Positions 1-9,904 are shown, counted from the stretch's first letter. The stretch: 64,000 nt of DNA from Candidatus Lustribacter sp. (GCA_965277805.1 OZ255842.1:4544001-4608000); one strand, 5' to 3'. Translations and numbers: made by a program. Notes: generated by a model from the sequence alone, not told the origin.

Positions 1-1
1 G

Positions 2-634
2 CGCCGGCGGATGCCGTGGGTGGCTGTTCAGAAAACGTACGAATTCGAGGGGCCAGAGGGCCGGGTTAGCCTGCTCGACCTGTTCGAGGGCCGCCGGCAA
101 TTGATCGTCTACCGCGCGTTTTTCGAGCCCGGAGTGTTCGGGTGGCCCGAGCACGCTTGCCGCGGCTGCTCACTCGGGGCGGATCAGGTTTCCAATCTCG
201 CCCATCTCCACGCGAGAAACACGACGCTTGCGTACGTGACGCGCGGACCGCAGGAGGCGGTCGCACGCCTCAAACGCCGCATGGGTTGGGATATGCCATG
301 GTACACAATGACCGACGCTTTCGACTCCGACTTCGGCGTCGATGAGTACCACGGCCACAACGTATTCTTTCGCGATGGCGAACGCATCTTTCGCACCTAC
401 TTCCGAAACTGGCGTGGGGATGAGGAGATGGGGACCGTCTGGAGCTACCTCGACATTACGCCGCTCGGCCGTCAGGAAGCTTGGGAAGACTCGCCGGAAG
501 GCTACCCGCAAACCCCGCCCTACGAGTGGTGGAACTGGCACGACAACTATGACGCCGAGGCCTCGCCCAACCCCGCGTGGGTCCAGGTGTCCGAAACTGG
601 TACAGCCGCATTCCAAAAGCAGCACGAAGCGTAG
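2..634 (+). CDS. DUF899 family (thioredoxin-like) protein, 5' end truncated by window edge
   Basis: The frame is open from the window start (RRRMPW...). It has the motifs LLDLFEGRRQLIVY, CRGCS, YLDITPLGRQE-W and PEGYPQTPPY-WW, typical of DUF899. Confidence 0.85.
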   Translation, partial: RRRMPWVAVQKTYEFEGPEGRVSLLDLFEGRRQLIVYRAFFEPGVFGWPEHACRGCSLGADQVSNLAHLHARNTTLAYVTRGPQEAVARLKRRMGWDMPWYTMTDAFDSDFGVDEYHGHNVFFRDGERIFRTYFRNWRGDEEMGTVWSYLDITPLGRQEAWEDSPEGYPQTPPYEWWNWHDNYDAEASPNPAWVQVSETGTAAFQKQHEA

Positions 635-667
635 ACGAGAGCATAAAAGATGAAAAAAAAGACATCG

Positions 668-1417
668 ATGACCAGAGATCGGCAGGCAATGGATGTTGTT
701 ACAGGAGCGATGCCGCCGGTCGTTGACCGGGACAGTTGGCAAGCGCAGATAGATGCTCTGCTTATCATTGAGAAAGCGCACACTCGCGCGGGTGACGCGA
801 TCGCCGCGGCGCGTCGGAGATTGCCGATGGTAGCAGTCGACCCCGAAATCACACTTGTAGGGCCCAACGGGCCGGTGACGCTACTGGACACGTTCGAAGG
901 CAGGCAGCAACTCGTAGCGTACTATCACATGTTTTTCCCCGGCAAAGCCGCCGCCGAACAATGCGAGGGTTGTACGTTTTTCAATGGTCAGGTGCGGGAG
1001 CTAGCGTACCTGAACGGGCGCGGCATTACCTATGCGACGTTCTGCTGGGGGCCCTACGATGAAAGCGTTCGCTACCGTGATTTCATGGGCTGGGACGTGC
1101 CTTGGTATTCGGTTGGAAAGTCGGCTGATCAACTGCGCGCCGGCAGGCCGTTCAACGAGTTCTTCCTTGCGTGTTATCTAAGACACGATGACAAGGTGTT
1201 CGAAACGTATTGGACACGGGGTCGGGGTATCGAAGGCATGAGTCCCACCATGGGGATCATGGATAAGACAGTATACGGACGCCAAGAGGATTGGGAAAAC
1301 TCTCCCGCCGGTTGGCCCCAGTCGGACGTCATGTCATCGCTGCGCAGCGACGGGCGCCCAAAGGCTCAGTGGGCCCGCGTAAAGGCCGGGCGCTCTGACG
1401 ACCTTCTAACGGGATAA
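668..1417 (+). CDS. DUF899 family protein (second paralog)
   Basis: Motifs EKAHTRAGDAIAAARRRLPM, CEGCTFF and GRQEDWENSPAGWPQ. Start is uncertain (650/668/689). Confidence 0.85.
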   Translation: MTRDRQAMDVVTGAMPPVVDRDSWQAQIDALLIIEKAHTRAGDAIAAARRRLPMVAVDPEITLVGPNGPVTLLDTFEGRQQLVAYYHMFFPGKAAAEQCEGCTFFNGQVRELAYLNGRGITYATFCWGPYDESVRYRDFMGWDVPWYSVGKSADQLRAGRPFNEFFLACYLRHDDKVFETYWTRGRGIEGMSPTMGIMDKTVYGRQEDWENSPAGWPQSDVMSSLRSDGRPKAQWARVKAGRSDDLLTG

Positions 1418-1505
1418 TGAGTTCAAGACGTTGCCGCTTGGCTGAGTGGCCGCAAAGCCGGGTATCAAATTAACAGCATCCAAATCCGAGACGAGGGTGG
1501 GAAGC

Positions 1506-1829
1506 ATGCCAAAGTTCCTTACAATTGGATACGGCGATGAAGCGGGGTACAATCGAACGCCACCCGCCGTACGCGACGCCGCGCATGCGCATGATGCACA
1601 TTTACGTAACGCAGGAGCCATCATTGGTATGGCGGGCAGCCCGCTGCAGGTGCGGAATCCAGTTGGGGAAGGCGTGCAAACGACTCCGGGAGCTTTCATG
1701 CACTCTGACCTGCCAATCGCGGGTTTCGGGTTGATCGAAGCAGCGAATGTCGAAGACGCAATTGAGAAGGTTGCCCAGACACCGTGTGCTGTGGGGTACG
1801 GCGTTGTGGAGGTATGGCCGCTAGAGTAA
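1506..1829 (+). CDS. YciI family protein
   Basis: MPKFLTIGYGD..., GAFMHSDLPIAGFGLIEAANVEDAIE and GVVEVWPL fit the YciI/DGPF-like pattern. An RBS-like GAGGGT lies upstream of ATG 1506. Confidence 0.75.
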   Translation: MPKFLTIGYGDEAGYNRTPPAVRDAAHAHDAHLRNAGAIIGMAGSPLQVRNPVGEGVQTTPGAFMHSDLPIAGFGLIEAANVEDAIEKVAQTPCAVGYGVVEVWPLE

Positions 1830-1918
1830 AAACCTTTAGGCGGTTAAGCGCTCGTACCATCGCGCAATGAAGTGTGTTTTGCGGAACCGTATAGTGGCCA
1901 TCGCACAGCATATCGCAA

Positions 1919-2683
1919 CTACGCCGTCGACACCACGCGCAGCGGTGTCGTGCGGCGGGTGAGTTCGCGTTCGCGTACCGCAACGAGCGTAGGGCGGTCT
2001 TCGAACGGCGTGCACGTGATGATCGTGCTGGCGCCGGGAGCGGAGCGCTTGTGTTTGCGCACGGTGGCGCGGATGTCGTAGCCGGCGAGTTCGCACAGAT
2101 GCCCGCCCTCGCCGTTCCAGCGCACGCGTTCGATCGCGGTCTCGAGCCGCACCGATGCGAAGTAGCGCAGTTCGCTCGATGCCTCCACGCCGAGCGCGAC
2201 GAGCAACGTGTTCGCGCGGTGCGCGAGGCTCGCGAGACGCGTCCACGTGGCCGAGCCCGTGCCGCGGCCGCTCGGGAGCGCCGGGATCACGACCACGCCG
2301 AACGCGCCCGAGCGCAACACGATGTCGGCGGCGCGCGCCGCGCCGACCGGGCCGCTCACCGGAACGCACATCAGGCGTTCGAGCCGCACGCCGGCGGCAG
2401 CGAGGGCCGGCGGAAAGAGTTCGGTGCCGATCAGCGCGCCGAGGCCGCGGCTGGTGGCGACGGCTAGGAGGCGCGCAGCGAGCGCGCTGCGTCCGGAACT
2501 GGGTGCGCCCTCGAGCGCGGCGATCGTCCCGCGCGGGAAGCCGCCGCCGAGGATGCGGTCGAGGTCGGCGAGCCCGGTGCGCAGCACCTCGTCTTCGCCC
2601 CGGGTAAATGCGGCGGCCGAGGCCTCGCGGTGGCGCTGGTCGAGGGTCTCGCGAAGGGCGGCGAACGCCGAATCGACTGGCAT
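1919..2683 (-). CDS. RecA/RadA-like ImuA-type protein (SOS mutagenesis cassette component)
   Basis: TGLADLDRILGGGFPRG, a degenerate Walker A (GAPSSGRS, no Lys), FPPALAAAGVRLERL and AADIVLRSGAFGVVV. A LexA box lies directly upstream. Confidence 0.8.
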   Translation of the reverse strand: MPVDSAFAALRETLDQRHREASAAAFTRGEDEVLRTGLADLDRILGGGFPRGTIAALEGAPSSGRSALAARLLAVATSRGLGALIGTELFPPALAAAGVRLERLMCVPVSGPVGAARAADIVLRSGAFGVVVIPALPSGRGTGSATWTRLASLAHRANTLLVALGVEASSELRYFASVRLETAIERVRWNGEGGHLCELAGYDIRATVRKHKRSAPGASTIITCTPFEDRPTLVAVRERELTRRTTPLRVVSTA

Positions 2684-2692
2684 GGGAGCCCG

Positions 2693-2721
2693 ATAATATC
2701 GAACATATGTTCGATTGTCAA
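2693..2721 (-). promoter_or_regulatory. sigma70 promoter (TTGACA-17-TATTAT) with LexA/SOS box ATCGAACATATGTTCGAT in the spacer
   Basis: Perfect 18-bp palindrome at 2698-2715 matching GAAC-N4-GTTC. The -35 is at 2721-2716 and the -10 at 2698-2693, with the ATG 9 nt further (near-leaderless). Confidence 0.9.
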
Positions 2722-2731
2722 CGGCCTGAGG

Positions 2732-3424
2732 CTACAGAGGCGGGCCTTGGTAGCAGATGCAGACGTGCTCGAGGAGCGCGTCGCGTGAGGTGACCGCGAG
2801 CTCTTCGTTCACGTAACGGATGCATTCGAGTTCTTCCAGCGCGGCCATCGGCGCGCGAACTTGCGCGTCGGGAACGCCGAGCATCATCGAGATGAACTCG
2901 GCACGCAGCGGGAACTGTTCGCGGCCCGTTTGGTCTTGCATCATGAGGATCCAGCGCGCCGCGCGCTGTTCGATACTATGTGCGAAATTGCACGCGACGG
3001 TCTGTTCGCTGGAGAACCATTGCCGGCGCAGCGATTCGCGCACCGCCCTAAGAAATGCCGGACTGCAATCCAGCGCGCGCATAAATTCATCATTGGAAAT
3101 TTGCGCGACGCGTCCGGTCGCTTGACAGAGCACCGTGCGCATCGCCGCATGTGCACCGAGCGCGAGTTCGATGCCGGCCGCACCGGCGCGCCCGACCACG
3201 TCGACTTCGTACATCTGTCCGCGTTCGAGTTCGACGACGATCGAATACACCGCATCGATCGGAAAGTGCACGCTGCTGATCGCTTCGTCGCGCGCAAGTA
3301 AGACCGTCGTCTCTTCTTCAAGAAAGACAACGAGCCCAGGCAATAGGTTCTCACGCTCCACCGGGCTGAGGCGATCGAGAATGGCATTACCGCCGGGGTA
3401 CCCGCCTGCGGCTCGCGGATCCAT
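2732..3424 (-). CDS. Crp/Fnr family transcriptional regulator
   Basis: cNMP-binding-like N-terminal domain and C-terminal ACNFAHSIEQRAARWIL...EFISMMLGV HTH region. Confidence 0.85.
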   Translation of the reverse strand: MDPRAAGGYPGGNAILDRLSPVERENLLPGLVVFLEEETTVLLARDEAISSVHFPIDAVYSIVVELERGQMYEVDVVGRAGAAGIELALGAHAAMRTVLCQATGRVAQISNDEFMRALDCSPAFLRAVRESLRRQWFSSEQTVACNFAHSIEQRAARWILMMQDQTGREQFPLRAEFISMMLGVPDAQVRAPMAALEELECIRYVNEELAVTSRDALLEHVCICYQGPPL

Positions 3425-3433
3425 AGTACCAGC

Positions 3434-3458
3434 CTACCCTAAGGCTTCCGCCTCAACC
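3434..3458 (-). promoter_or_regulatory. putative SigB/SigF-type promoter (GGTT-N15-GGGTAG)
   Basis: Minus strand GGTTGAGGCGGAAGCCTTAGGGTAG, 9 nt before the Crp ATG. Confidence 0.5.
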
Positions 3459-3476
3459 AGCGCGCTTGCGTACCAT

Positions 3477-6400
3477 TTAGCGAAACTTACGCTGGTACGT
3501 CAGCACCACGCCCGAGGTACCGGGCGGCGGCTCCAGGGCTTGTAGGGTGAAATTCGTCGGCGTGGCCGGGGTGAAGAGCTGCTGGGTTGTGAGTATCGAC
3601 GGCGTCTCATTGCCGGCGTTATAGAACGTGAGCGCAACCGCGCCGTTGTGCGGCAAGCTGTAGTTCAGCGCGATCGCCTGGCGTTCGTCGCCGCCGAATG
3701 TTTGGTTGAACGATGCATACAGGTTCTTGCTCAACTGTTTGCGCGCGCCGGCCGAGAGCCCGGTGCCGAAATCGTAGCCCAGCGCCAAATCTTCGAAGCC
3801 GAGCGCTTGCCCGATTCCGGCGCCCACCGGCTGCAGTAAATTCTGCGTGAATTCTTGGCTGAGGAAACCACCCGCGATGCCGCCCGCGTCGATCCCGCCG
3901 CCGCCCGAGGCGGTTTCCACGCCGGGCACGGCACCAAACGCCTGCGCGTTGACGAGCAAGCCGAGGATCTGTTCCTTGTCGTAACTCGGACTCGACGCAA
4001 GATCGAGGTTGAGGTTTGTTGCCGGTCCGGTAACGGTCAGCAAGATGCTCGTGCTGGGGTCGGAGATCGTCGTCGTCGCGGTCGCATCGACATTGGGAAC
4101 CAAGCCGTTACTGGGTTCAAACGTAACGGTGGCTTGGTGCAGCACGAACGTGCGGTAGAAGCTCAGCGTGCCGTCGGTCGACGTCATGCGGCCGCTCAGT
4201 TCCGGATGCGCGAGGTTGCCGCTGACCGTCACCGCGCCGCGCGCGCCGATGTCGACGCCGGGACCCGTCACGCGTACGTCGTTGCCGGCTTGCACGGTCA
4301 GGTTGAACGCCACCGTCGGCGGCACGCGCGTCTCCCCGTTCGTCGGCGCCTTCGGAATCAGCGCTGCCAGCGGCAAGCGCGTCTTCGAGAAGGCGATGTT
4401 CCCGCTGAGCGTAGGAATGCTGTTTTGCGGCTTGTCGGCGGTGAGCGCACCGTCGACGGTGCCGCGGAAGAGGTTCGCGATGTTGAGCACCGCGTTCTTG
4501 GCAGTGAACTGCGCGTTGTAGGCCAGCGTGCGCTGCAGATCGCGCAGGCTGCCGAACGTGGCGTTGGCCGCGCCGTCGATCGTGCCGCCGCCGATGTCGG
4601 CATGCACGTCGGTCAGTTGCGCTTGTGTGCGCGCGAGGGTGAGCCGCGCGCGGCCGTTGGTCAGCGCGGAACGCAGCAGGTTCGATGAGTAGCTGCCGCC
4701 GGCGAGCGTCATCGTGCCGGTGATCGCGGGGTTGTCTTGCGTGCCGCTCGCCGCGATTTGGCCGTCGATCGTGCCGCCGACTTTCGCGCTATCCGGCAGC
4801 AGCGGCGCGAACTGCACGAGATCGATGTCTTCGGCGCGTAGCGATGCCGTGAGCGGGGCGGTGCGCAAGCCCGGCGTGGGCGTGAGAGCAATCGGCAAAG
4901 TCGCGGTGGCGAGCAAGCGTCCGCGTACGAGATCGGCTTCGAACGCCTGCAACTGCAGCGTTTGCGGATCGGCGGCGAGCTGCGCGTGCATTTTCGGCAC
5001 GGTGTACTTGCCGTTACGCACATTCGTCGCATCGATCGTCGATGCGAGATGCGGGGTGCTGCGCGAGCCGCTGACGTTCACGGTCGCGTTCACGGCGCCG
5101 CTCACGTCGAGTTTTGCGCCAAGGCTCTTCGCCAGCACGCCGACGTCGTCGCTCTGCGCGTGCAGCGCGATCGCCACCGGATCGCTTGGACCGTAGCCGA
5201 ACGTTCCCGATGCATCGGCCGTCAAGCCCGGGCCGGCGAGTCGTAACGCGCTGACGTGCGCCGTGTGCGCGTCGCCGTTCGCGGCGAGCGTGAGCGTCGA
5301 GAGCGGATAACCGCGCACGAGCGCGTTGTTCACCGCGGCGGTCGCGTCGAAGGCCGGCGCGGCCGGCGTGCCGGTGACGTGCAGCGTGCCGTTCGCCATG
5401 CCGAGGATCGGTTGCGTGATGCCCGCAGTCGGCAGCCACTGCGCGAGGTCGAGGTCCGCGAGCGTACCGGTCGCCGCGATCGTGGTGCGATGCTGCACGT
5501 CGCGCAACGGATCGGCGGCGGGGAACGTGACGTCGGTGGTCAGCGCGATCGTACCGTGGTCGGTCTGCACGTTGCCCGTACCGTGTACCGTGCGTCCGCG
5601 CGTGTTCCAGTTCGCCGTGACGGTGCCGACGTTGAAGCGGTGATAGCGCGCGTCGTCGATGCGCACGTCGCCGCTCGCATTCATCCCGGTATGGGAGAGC
5701 GCAGCGTCGGCGACGACGTGGCCTTTGCCGCCGAGCGTATCGGCTGCATCGAAGTAGTCGTCGAAGTCGGCGAGGTCGACGCGCGGCGCGCGCACGGCGA
5801 TCCGTTGCGTGCCGGGTGCGACGTCGCCCGAGAACGCGATTGCGGTCGTGCCGACGGTGACGCTGCCGTTGCGCGCGCTGATGCCGCCCGGACCGCCCGC
5901 GATCGTGGCGCCGGCGTGGTTGAAGTTCAGGCCGTTGAGCGAGCCCTGCGGAACCGAAACGGTGCCGGCGAGTTGCGGCGCGTTCGCCGGGCCCGTCGCG
6001 TGCAGGGCAGCGTCGATCTCGCCTTCGGGATAGCGCAGCGGCAGCTTCAGCGCCTTTGCGATCGGCGCGATCTGCGCGCCGTGCAAGTTCGCAGCCACGT
6101 CAAGTTCCGGCGGCGCGCTGCCGGTGAGGCCGCTCACGTCGCCGCTTGCCGTCGCGTAGGAGTCGAGCGCGAGTGCGGTCGCATCGTTCACGTGCAGCGT
6201 GCCGCGTTCGTAATGGGCGAAGGCGTTGGCGGAGAGATCGATGCCGTGCCAGCCGGCGCGATCGACGAGCACGGCCACATTGGCGCTCGGCGCGTCGAGC
6301 GTTCCACTTACGCGCGCGTTCGCGCGCAGCGTTCCGCCGCTCAAGGGCACGCGGCTGCCGGCCAGCGTGCGCAGGTCGAGCGCGCTGGTCGTTGCGCGCA

Positions 6401-8558
6401 GCTCGCCGCCGTTGCCGAGCGCGCCCTGCACGGTCACGGTGCCGCCGGCGATGCCGATTTGCAGCGCGCGCACGTCGAGCTGCGAGCCCTCGAGTGTGGC
6501 GGTGGCGGTGAGATCGCGCACCGGCACGCCGTACACCGCTGCATCGTGGAAGGTCAGGCCCGACGTCTGCACGGCCGAGGACGCGCCGTCGGAGAGCGCT
6601 TGCAGCGGTCCGTCGATCGTGCCGCGCGCATCGACGTTGCCGGTGAGCGGCCGCAACTGCGCAAACGAGCTGCGCACGTGGCCGTCAAAGCCGACGAGCC
6701 CGCCTGCATAGGCGGCATTGCCGTCGATCGTGCCCAGCGACGAGGTCACGTGCACGCCGCCGCGCTGGGTGCCGTCCGCCGCGGTGCCGAGGTCGGCGCT
6801 CGCGTTCGCGCTCAGCGTGCCGTAGTGCAGGCCGGCGAGCCGCACGTGGCCGCTCAGGCCGTCGAGCCGGCTGCCGTCCACCGAACCGACCACTTGCGCG
6901 TCGAGCGTGCCGGCGAGCGGCGGCAGCGCGCCGATGGGGATGCCGGGCAGCGTGTGCGCGGCGGCGGGCAGCAGCGAGAAATGGTGCGCATCGGCGATTG
7001 CGAGGACGCTGCCCTTCGTGCGGTCGAGCGCGACGCGTGCGTAGAGTGCCGCACCGTCGTTACGCTGGATCGAGAACGGGCCGATTACCCCGTCACCGTT
7101 GCCGTCGACGTCGAAGATCGCGTCGAGTTGCCCGTCAGGGCTCGTGCCGTAGACGATGCCGTCGGTCGCGAGTTTCGTGCCGCTGCCCGCCACGTGTGCG
7201 ACCGTGGTCAATCGCAGCCCGTGCATCAGCTGGCCGACATACGGCAGCTTATCGCCGTCGGCGTGCAGCGCGACGACGATGTTCGTTGCGACGTCCTTCG
7301 CGAGCACCACGGTGCCGTGCGCGTCGACGCTCACCGGCCCGTAGGTGAAGTGCGCGTCGAGCAGATCGAGGTCGCTGCCGTGAATCGAAAACGTGCCGCC
7401 GGCGTCGTCGGCCGGATAGCCGCGATACACGAGTTGCGGCGAGGCGAACGTGCCGGTGACCACCGGTGCGGCGAGCGGCCCTTGCGCGCGCAGCGCGAAC
7501 GAAAGATCGCCTGCGACGGGCTGACGCTGCGAAGGGGCAATCGCTTGCTGCAACTGCCCGAGCTGGCCGCGTCCGATGAGCGCGAAGTGCACGATCGGCG
7601 CGCTCAAGCCGTACACGCCGCCGGCCAGGTGCAGCGGCACGCCGGCCATCGTTGCATCGAGACCGTTTGTGGTGAGCCCGTTGTCGTAGGCGATCACCGT
7701 GCCGTGCGCGTCGCGCAGCGGTTTGATCACGCCCTCGAGGTAGATCTTGCCGTTGGTGAGATCGGCGCGCAGGGCGGTGTGCGTGTGCGTGGTGCCATCG
7801 GGATCGACGAAGGTGTAGATGCGGCCGTCGACGTTGCGCATGTCGCCGTCGACGACGTTCACCGCATGCGACGGCAGCGCAAAATCGAACAGCGGTCCGA
7901 CGGGCACGTCGGGCGCGGTCCAGCGCTGCGCCTCGTAGCCGCGATCCGCGTTGAACGTCGCCTTGCCCACGATCGGATGCAGCGTGCGGCCGTCGTCGAG
8001 ATCGAGCCGCACGTTATAGAAGGAGTGCGCGTGCGGCGCGAGCACCGCGTCGGCCGCCAGACCGACGATGCGCTGGCGCCGCTCCTGACCCGGCACCAGG
8101 AAGCGGTCGAGCAAGACGACCGAGCCGTCGCGCACGCGGATGCGCAGATCGATCGGCGACGTGTCGGGCTTCGATGAGACGCCGCTCTTCGGCAGCGCGA
8201 CGTTGTAGGTGCCGTCGGCGTGATGGATCAGCGTGAGGGTGGGACGCTGGACGTCGAGGGCGTCGATCCCGAACCGGCGGCGCTGGCTGCCCGGCAGCAA
8301 GTACCGGATCGAGTAGCGCACGTCGATCTGCCGGGAGCTGAAGACGGGTTCCCCGGCCCGGTTGGTCACGTTGGTGTCCTGCGCGGTCGCAGCGTTGAGC
8401 CCGACCTGCAGGTTCCCGAACTGCACGTTGTAGCCCGCGCCCGCGGCCACGGCACGGATGATCGCGGCGGCGAGCGCGTTATGGAAGCCGATCGCCGCGC
8501 CCGCGAGGACCAGCAGCACGCATAGCGTGGCCCCCGCAATCACGACTCGTCGACGCAT
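3477..8558 (-). CDS. tamB: Translocation/assembly module TamB / AsmA-like protein (~1690 aa)
   Basis: N-terminal membrane anchor, long repetitive beta-strand-rich body and C-terminal DUF490-like region (GPATNLNLDLASSPSYDKEQILGLL). Confidence 0.8.
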   Translation of the reverse strand: MRRRVVIAGATLCVLLVLAGAAIGFHNALAAAIIRAVAAGAGYNVQFGNLQVGLNAATAQDTNVTNRAGEPVFSSRQIDVRYSIRYLLPGSQRRRFGIDALDVQRPTLTLIHHADGTYNVALPKSGVSSKPDTSPIDLRIRVRDGSVVLLDRFLVPGQERRQRIVGLAADAVLAPHAHSFYNVRLDLDDGRTLHPIVGKATFNADRGYEAQRWTAPDVPVGPLFDFALPSHAVNVVDGDMRNVDGRIYTFVDPDGTTHTHTALRADLTNGKIYLEGVIKPLRDAHGTVIAYDNGLTTNGLDATMAGVPLHLAGGVYGLSAPIVHFALIGRGQLGQLQQAIAPSQRQPVAGDLSFALRAQGPLAAPVVTGTFASPQLVYRGYPADDAGGTFSIHGSDLDLLDAHFTYGPVSVDAHGTVVLAKDVATNIVVALHADGDKLPYVGQLMHGLRLTTVAHVAGSGTKLATDGIVYGTSPDGQLDAIFDVDGNGDGVIGPFSIQRNDGAALYARVALDRTKGSVLAIADAHHFSLLPAAAHTLPGIPIGALPPLAGTLDAQVVGSVDGSRLDGLSGHVRLAGLHYGTLSANASADLGTAADGTQRGGVHVTSSLGTIDGNAAYAGGLVGFDGHVRSSFAQLRPLTGNVDARGTIDGPLQALSDGASSAVQTSGLTFHDAAVYGVPVRDLTATATLEGSQLDVRALQIGIAGGTVTVQGALGNGGELRATTSALDLRTLAGSRVPLSGGTLRANARVSGTLDAPSANVAVLVDRAGWHGIDLSANAFAHYERGTLHVNDATALALDSYATASGDVSGLTGSAPPELDVAANLHGAQIAPIAKALKLPLRYPEGEIDAALHATGPANAPQLAGTVSVPQGSLNGLNFNHAGATIAGGPGGISARNGSVTVGTTAIAFSGDVAPGTQRIAVRAPRVDLADFDDYFDAADTLGGKGHVVADAALSHTGMNASGDVRIDDARYHRFNVGTVTANWNTRGRTVHGTGNVQTDHGTIALTTDVTFPAADPLRDVQHRTTIAATGTLADLDLAQWLPTAGITQPILGMANGTLHVTGTPAAPAFDATAAVNNALVRGYPLSTLTLAANGDAHTAHVSALRLAGPGLTADASGTFGYGPSDPVAIALHAQSDDVGVLAKSLGAKLDVSGAVNATVNVSGSRSTPHLASTIDATNVRNGKYTVPKMHAQLAADPQTLQLQAFEADLVRGRLLATATLPIALTPTPGLRTAPLTASLRAEDIDLVQFAPLLPDSAKVGGTIDGQIAASGTQDNPAITGTMTLAGGSYSSNLLRSALTNGRARLTLARTQAQLTDVHADIGGGTIDGAANATFGSLRDLQRTLAYNAQFTAKNAVLNIANLFRGTVDGALTADKPQNSIPTLSGNIAFSKTRLPLAALIPKAPTNGETRVPPTVAFNLTVQAGNDVRVTGPGVDIGARGAVTVSGNLAHPELSGRMTSTDGTLSFYRTFVLHQATVTFEPSNGLVPNVDATATTTISDPSTSILLTVTGPATNLNLDLASSPSYDKEQILGLLVNAQAFGAVPGVETASGGGGIDAGGIAGGFLSQEFTQNLLQPVGAGIGQALGFEDLALGYDFGTGLSAGARKQLSKNLYASFNQTFGGDERQAIALNYSLPHNGAVALTFYNAGNETPSILTTQQLFTPATPTNFTLQALEPPPGTSGVVLTYQRKFR

Positions 8559-8617
8559 CAAGACTCTTGTGCCCACGAAAGGGGGAAACGTCTCGTCCAA
8601 AGCGCATTCGGCCAGTC

Positions 8618-9904
8618 TTGACCAGTACTGTTTCGGGCGCCGGGATCGCGGTCGCGCCCATCGACTTCACCGATCGCACGCTCCCCAACGGTCTCCGCGT
8701 TCTGCTGGTTGAGGATCATCGGGTCCCGTCGGTCGCCATCAATGTCGGTTATCGCGTCGGCGGCAAGGACGACCCGCCGGGCCGCTCCGGTTTCGCGCAT
8801 CTGTTTGAACATTTGATGTTCAAGGGCACGAAGAACACGCGCCCCGAGACGATCGATCGCCTCACCGAAGACATCGGCGGTCTCAACAACGCGTTCACGG
8901 CGGAAGACATCACGAACTACTACGAGGTCGTGCCGTCGAACTATCTCGAGACGCTGCTGTGGGCCGAAGGCGATCGGCTCGGTTCGCTGGCCGTTACGGA
9001 AGAGCACTTTCACACCGAACGCGACGTGGTGATCGGGGAATACGACCAGCGCATTCTGGCCGAGCCCTACGGTATGCTCGACGAGCTGGTCAATCGCGAA
9101 GCGTTTGCCGAGCACCCCTACCGGCGCGGCGTAATCGGCGATCCCGAGAACTTACGCGCCGCCACGCTCGATGACGTGGTCGCGTTTCATCGTACGTTCT
9201 ACCGGCCCGACAACGCGGTGCTGGTGGTCGTCGGCGACTTCGATCCGGTGCAGGCGAATGCGTGGATCGACAAATATTTCGGCCGCGTGCCGAAGCCCGA
9301 CGCGCCGATTCCGCGCGTGACGGCCGTCGAACCGCCGCAGACGGCGGAGCGGACGTTCACCTATCGTGCCGCCAACGTGCCGCTGCCGGCGATCGAATAC
9401 GCGTATCACATTCCGGCCTGGCGGCATCCCGATGCGCCCGCGCTCGACATCGTGGAAACGCTGCTCGGCATGGGCAAGAGCTCGCGTCTCTACCAGTCGC
9501 TCGTGTACCGCCAGCGCGTCGCCACCGCCGCGCACGCCAGTGCCGATCTGCGCGAGCAGCCGGGACTGTTTTCGTTCCGCGCGATCGCAAGCACGGGCAC
9601 GGCAATCGAACGCGTGCGCGAAGCGCTCGATGCGGAAATCGCGCTTTTGCGCGACGAACAGCCCTCTGCCGGCGAGATGGAGCGCGTGCGAACGCAGATC
9701 GCAAGCTCGTTCGTGCGCAGCCGTCAGACGTACAACAACATCGCGATCGCGCTCGTACGCAGTGCGGTCGAGCGCGACGATCCGGGCGCGCTCAACAGCG
9801 ACCTCGACCGCTACCGCGCTGTGACCGCCGCCGACGTGCAGCGCGTCGCGCGTCAATATCTGACCCGCGAGAACCGCACTACGATCGAATACTTGCCCCT
9901 GTGA
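8618..9904 (+). CDS. M16 family zinc peptidase, catalytic subunit
   Basis: TLPNGLRV, GFAHLFEHLMFKGT (HxxEH) and FYRPDNAVLVVVGD. Start is uncertain. Confidence 0.9.
   Translation: MTSTVSGAGIAVAPIDFTDRTLPNGLRVLLVEDHRVPSVAINVGYRVGGKDDPPGRSGFAHLFEHLMFKGTKNTRPETIDRLTEDIGGLNNAFTAEDITNYYEVVPSNYLETLLWAEGDRLGSLAVTEEHFHTERDVVIGEYDQRILAEPYGMLDELVNREAFAEHPYRRGVIGDPENLRAATLDDVVAFHRTFYRPDNAVLVVVGDFDPVQANAWIDKYFGRVPKPDAPIPRVTAVEPPQTAERTFTYRAANVPLPAIEYAYHIPAWRHPDAPALDIVETLLGMGKSSRLYQSLVYRQRVATAAHASADLREQPGLFSFRAIASTGTAIERVREALDAEIALLRDEQPSAGEMERVRTQIASSFVRSRQTYNNIAIALVRSAVERDDPGALNSDLDRYRAVTAADVQRVARQYLTRENRTTIEYLPL

Noticed and set aside
650..660. A8 run as a phase-variation tract
   Set aside because: The run is short and probably upstream of the true start (668 or later). 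There is no evidence of variation.
5256..8177. 973-aa plus-strand ORF
   Set aside because: It is an antisense shadow of tamB with R/A/V-rich composition and no motifs, as expected in high-GC DNA.
9262..9900. N-terminal extension of the 684-aa ORF
   Set aside because: It is an off-frame overlap with the first M16 gene. The real start is GTG 9901.
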